DNA of 46,321 bases, taken from assembly GCA_003245635.1 (NCBI GenBank), contig QKCO01000016.1:1-46321 (forward strand). Reading direction: 5' to 3'. This stretch comes from Treponema sp. Lineage in GTDB: Bacteria; Spirochaetota; Spirochaetia; Treponematales; Breznakiellaceae. Positions 45,052 to 46,321 of this stretch are shown one piece after another (position 1 is the stretch's first letter; each line of letters opens with the position of its first letter). The notes under the pieces were generated by a model. That model was given only the letters and a program-made list of their open reading frames with translations, did no database searches and was not told the DNA's origin. A program made the position numbers and the translations under genes.

Positions 45052-45749
45052 GGCGTCTTCCTCGACCGGACGCCCGCGCTCGGGACCCGCACCACGCCGA
45101 GTCCGCGCTCGTGGATGTCGCTCGGCAGATCGTCGTAGAACAGCCCCTCGCTGGGCTCGAGCCCGAGGAGCGAGGAAAAGGAGCGCTTGGGCGACGGCGC
45201 CGAATAGAGGACCGCGAGCGCTTCGACGCGCAGTTCGGCCGCTCCGGCGCGGCCCGCGTGTGCGCGCGGGTTGTGCTCCGCGGCGAGGCGGAGCAGGAGC
45301 GGCAGGTTTTCATCGACCAGCTCGCGCTCGCTCCGGTCCTCGGGGGCGAAGGTCCGCGCGAAGCGCATGAAGCACTTGTCCCGGGAAAGGAGTTCGAAGC
45401 TCCACCCCTCCCCCGCCGCGCAGGCGTAGCGCAGAAGGAGGTCTTCTGGGGACAGAGCCCCGACCAGGGCCGAATCGCGGCCCAGGCCGCGCACGACCAG
45501 CGGCGTCCAGCCGTTCGCGCTCGGCCAGGCGTAGCCGCCGGACCCGGAACGGCGCAGCAGGTCGACGCCCGCGGCCTGGAGCGGCGAGCGCAGGTAATAG
45601 GCGTGAACCCGCCCGCCTACGCCGGCGCCCACGGCTCTTCCCCGAAAACCGCACGGACGGCTTCTTCGTATTCGTACGTTCCGTTCGCGCGCCCTATCCG
45701 CTTGATCACCCGGCCGCTCTCCGCGAAGCCCGGCGCCATGAAGCCCCAC
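45048..45749 (-). CDS. hypothetical protein (start uncertain)
   Basis: Long GC3-biased open frame whose stop overlaps the Ntaq1-like start (GTGA). The 5' limit is unclear: the frame overlaps the 3' end of dus, and there are no clear ATG or GTG starts after the dus stop. Confidence 0.35.
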   Translation of the reverse strand: MGLHGAGLRGERPGDQADRARERNVRIRRSRPCGFRGRAVGAGVGGRVHAYYLRSPLQAAGVDLLRRSGSGGYAWPSANGWTPLVVRGLGRDSALVGALSPEDLLLRYACAAGEGWSFELLSRDKCFMRFARTFAPEDRSERELVDENLPLLLRLAAEHNPRAHAGRAGAAELRVEALAVLYSAPSPKRSFSSLLGLEPSEGLFYDDLPSDIHERGLGVVRVPSAGVRSRKTP

Positions 45750-46321
45750 AGTTCCTTCATTTTGTCCAGCGCGTGCCGCGGACCGTGGAGCAGGTCCGAG
45801 TACGAGGCGTATAAGTCGTCGTGGAAGGACTCGAGCACCTCGAGCGGCCGATCCGGGCGGGGAAGCCCCTTGATGTCGAGCGCGATGAAAGGATTCGCCA
45901 GCGCGCCGCGGCCGATCATCCAGGCGCCGATTCCGGGGAAGCGCTCCGCGAGCGCCGCCCAGCCTGAGGCGCTCGTGATGTCGCCGTTGTAGACCACCGG
46001 GTGGCGAAGCTCCGCGGCCGCCCGCGCGAAGCCCGCAAGATCGACTTTTCCCTCGTACATCTGCGTACCGATGCGCGGATGCACGCTCACGCGGGAAAGG
46101 GAATGCTTATTCAGCACCGGTATCAGCGCGTCAAGTTCCCTGGAGGATTCCCGCCCGAGGCGTATCTTGGCCGACACCGGCACGCGGATGCGCGGCAGAG
46201 CCTCTGACAGGATCGAATCGATGAGTTCCGGATGCGGCAGCAGCCCCGAGCCGCGCTTCTTGTTCGCGACCATCGGGTACGGACAGCCGAGGTTCCAGTC
46301 CACTTCCGCGTACCCCGCGCC
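45617..46321 (-). CDS. tRNA-dihydrouridine synthase (Dus family), 5'-truncated by the window edge
   Basis: TIM-barrel Dus motifs (VDWNLGCP, SAKIRLG, VHPR); the frame continues beyond position 46321. Confidence 0.8.
   Translation of the reverse strand, partial: GAGYAEVDWNLGCPYPMVANKKRGSGLLPHPELIDSILSEALPRIRVPVSAKIRLGRESSRELDALIPVLNKHSLSRVSVHPRIGTQMYEGKVDLAGFARAAAELRHPVVYNGDITSASGWAALAERFPGIGAWMIGRGALANPFIALDIKGLPRPDRPLEVLESFHDDLYASYSDLLHGPRHALDKMKELWGFMAPGFAESGRVIKRIGRANGTYEYEEAVRAVFGEEPWAPA

Noticed and set aside
1-46321. Searched for tRNA/rRNA genes, CRISPR repeats, and integrase or transposase ORFs
   Set aside because: None were found: no cloverleaf-compatible conserved tRNA boxes, no regularly spaced direct repeats, and no recombinase-like translations in any frame.

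Overview
This is a high-GC (about 64%, my estimate) bacterial chromosomal segment with roughly 45 protein-coding genes. I found no rRNA, tRNA, CRISPR array or obvious mobile element.

The gene content looks like an anaerobe with a heavy solute-transport and catabolism load. All calls are from reading the translated ORFs; no database search was run.

The main loci are:
- **TTT-linked catabolic operon (minus strand, 406-8557).** A tripartite tricarboxylate transporter operon (tctC-tctB-tctA) is followed by an unassigned 294-aa gene, a beta-hydroxyacid dehydrogenase, a URO-D-family protein, an RraA-like aldolase and a D-2-hydroxyacid dehydrogenase. An FCD-type GntR regulator is transcribed divergently from an AT-rich promoter island.
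- **Housekeeping and signalling block (9638-15963).** A DUF1761 membrane protein, cyclophilin, a PilZ-like protein, a LOG-family phosphoribohydrolase, a Cache-type methyl-accepting chemotaxis protein, an aminotransferase and a MaoC dehydratase.
- **TRAP-linked CoA pathway (15983-23314).** A LacI regulator sits divergent to dctPQM, a family-I CoA-transferase, a crotonase and a shikimate/quinate dehydrogenase-family gene.
- **Mixed block (23364-27881).** An FAD flavoprotein, an SDR reductase, Tag glycosylase and an EamA transporter.
- **YtrA-type module (27948-35037).** A GntR(YtrA) regulator, an SPFH protein, an ABC ATPase, two FtsX permeases, a LolA-like protein and a secreted protein.
- **Hydrogenase neighbourhood (35089-38305).** A CmpB-like protein, an HD protein, a DUF2892 protein, a TM1266-like regulator and an [FeFe]-hydrogenase-like protein.
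- **Sugar-acid uptake locus (38391-43789).** A glucarate dehydratase with an ABC uptake system (binding protein plus two permeases) and a second FCD-GntR regulator.
- **3' end (43871-46321).** An exported MsrB, a bacterial Ntaq1-like (WDYHV) protein, a hypothetical protein and a truncated Dus.

The most interesting non-coding signals:
- A ~57-bp palindromic element present twice.
- A TGGTATACC-type operator shared by two GntR-controlled loci.
- A self-overlapping YtrA operator.
- A 14-bp AT palindrome in the hydrogenase-regulator promoter region.
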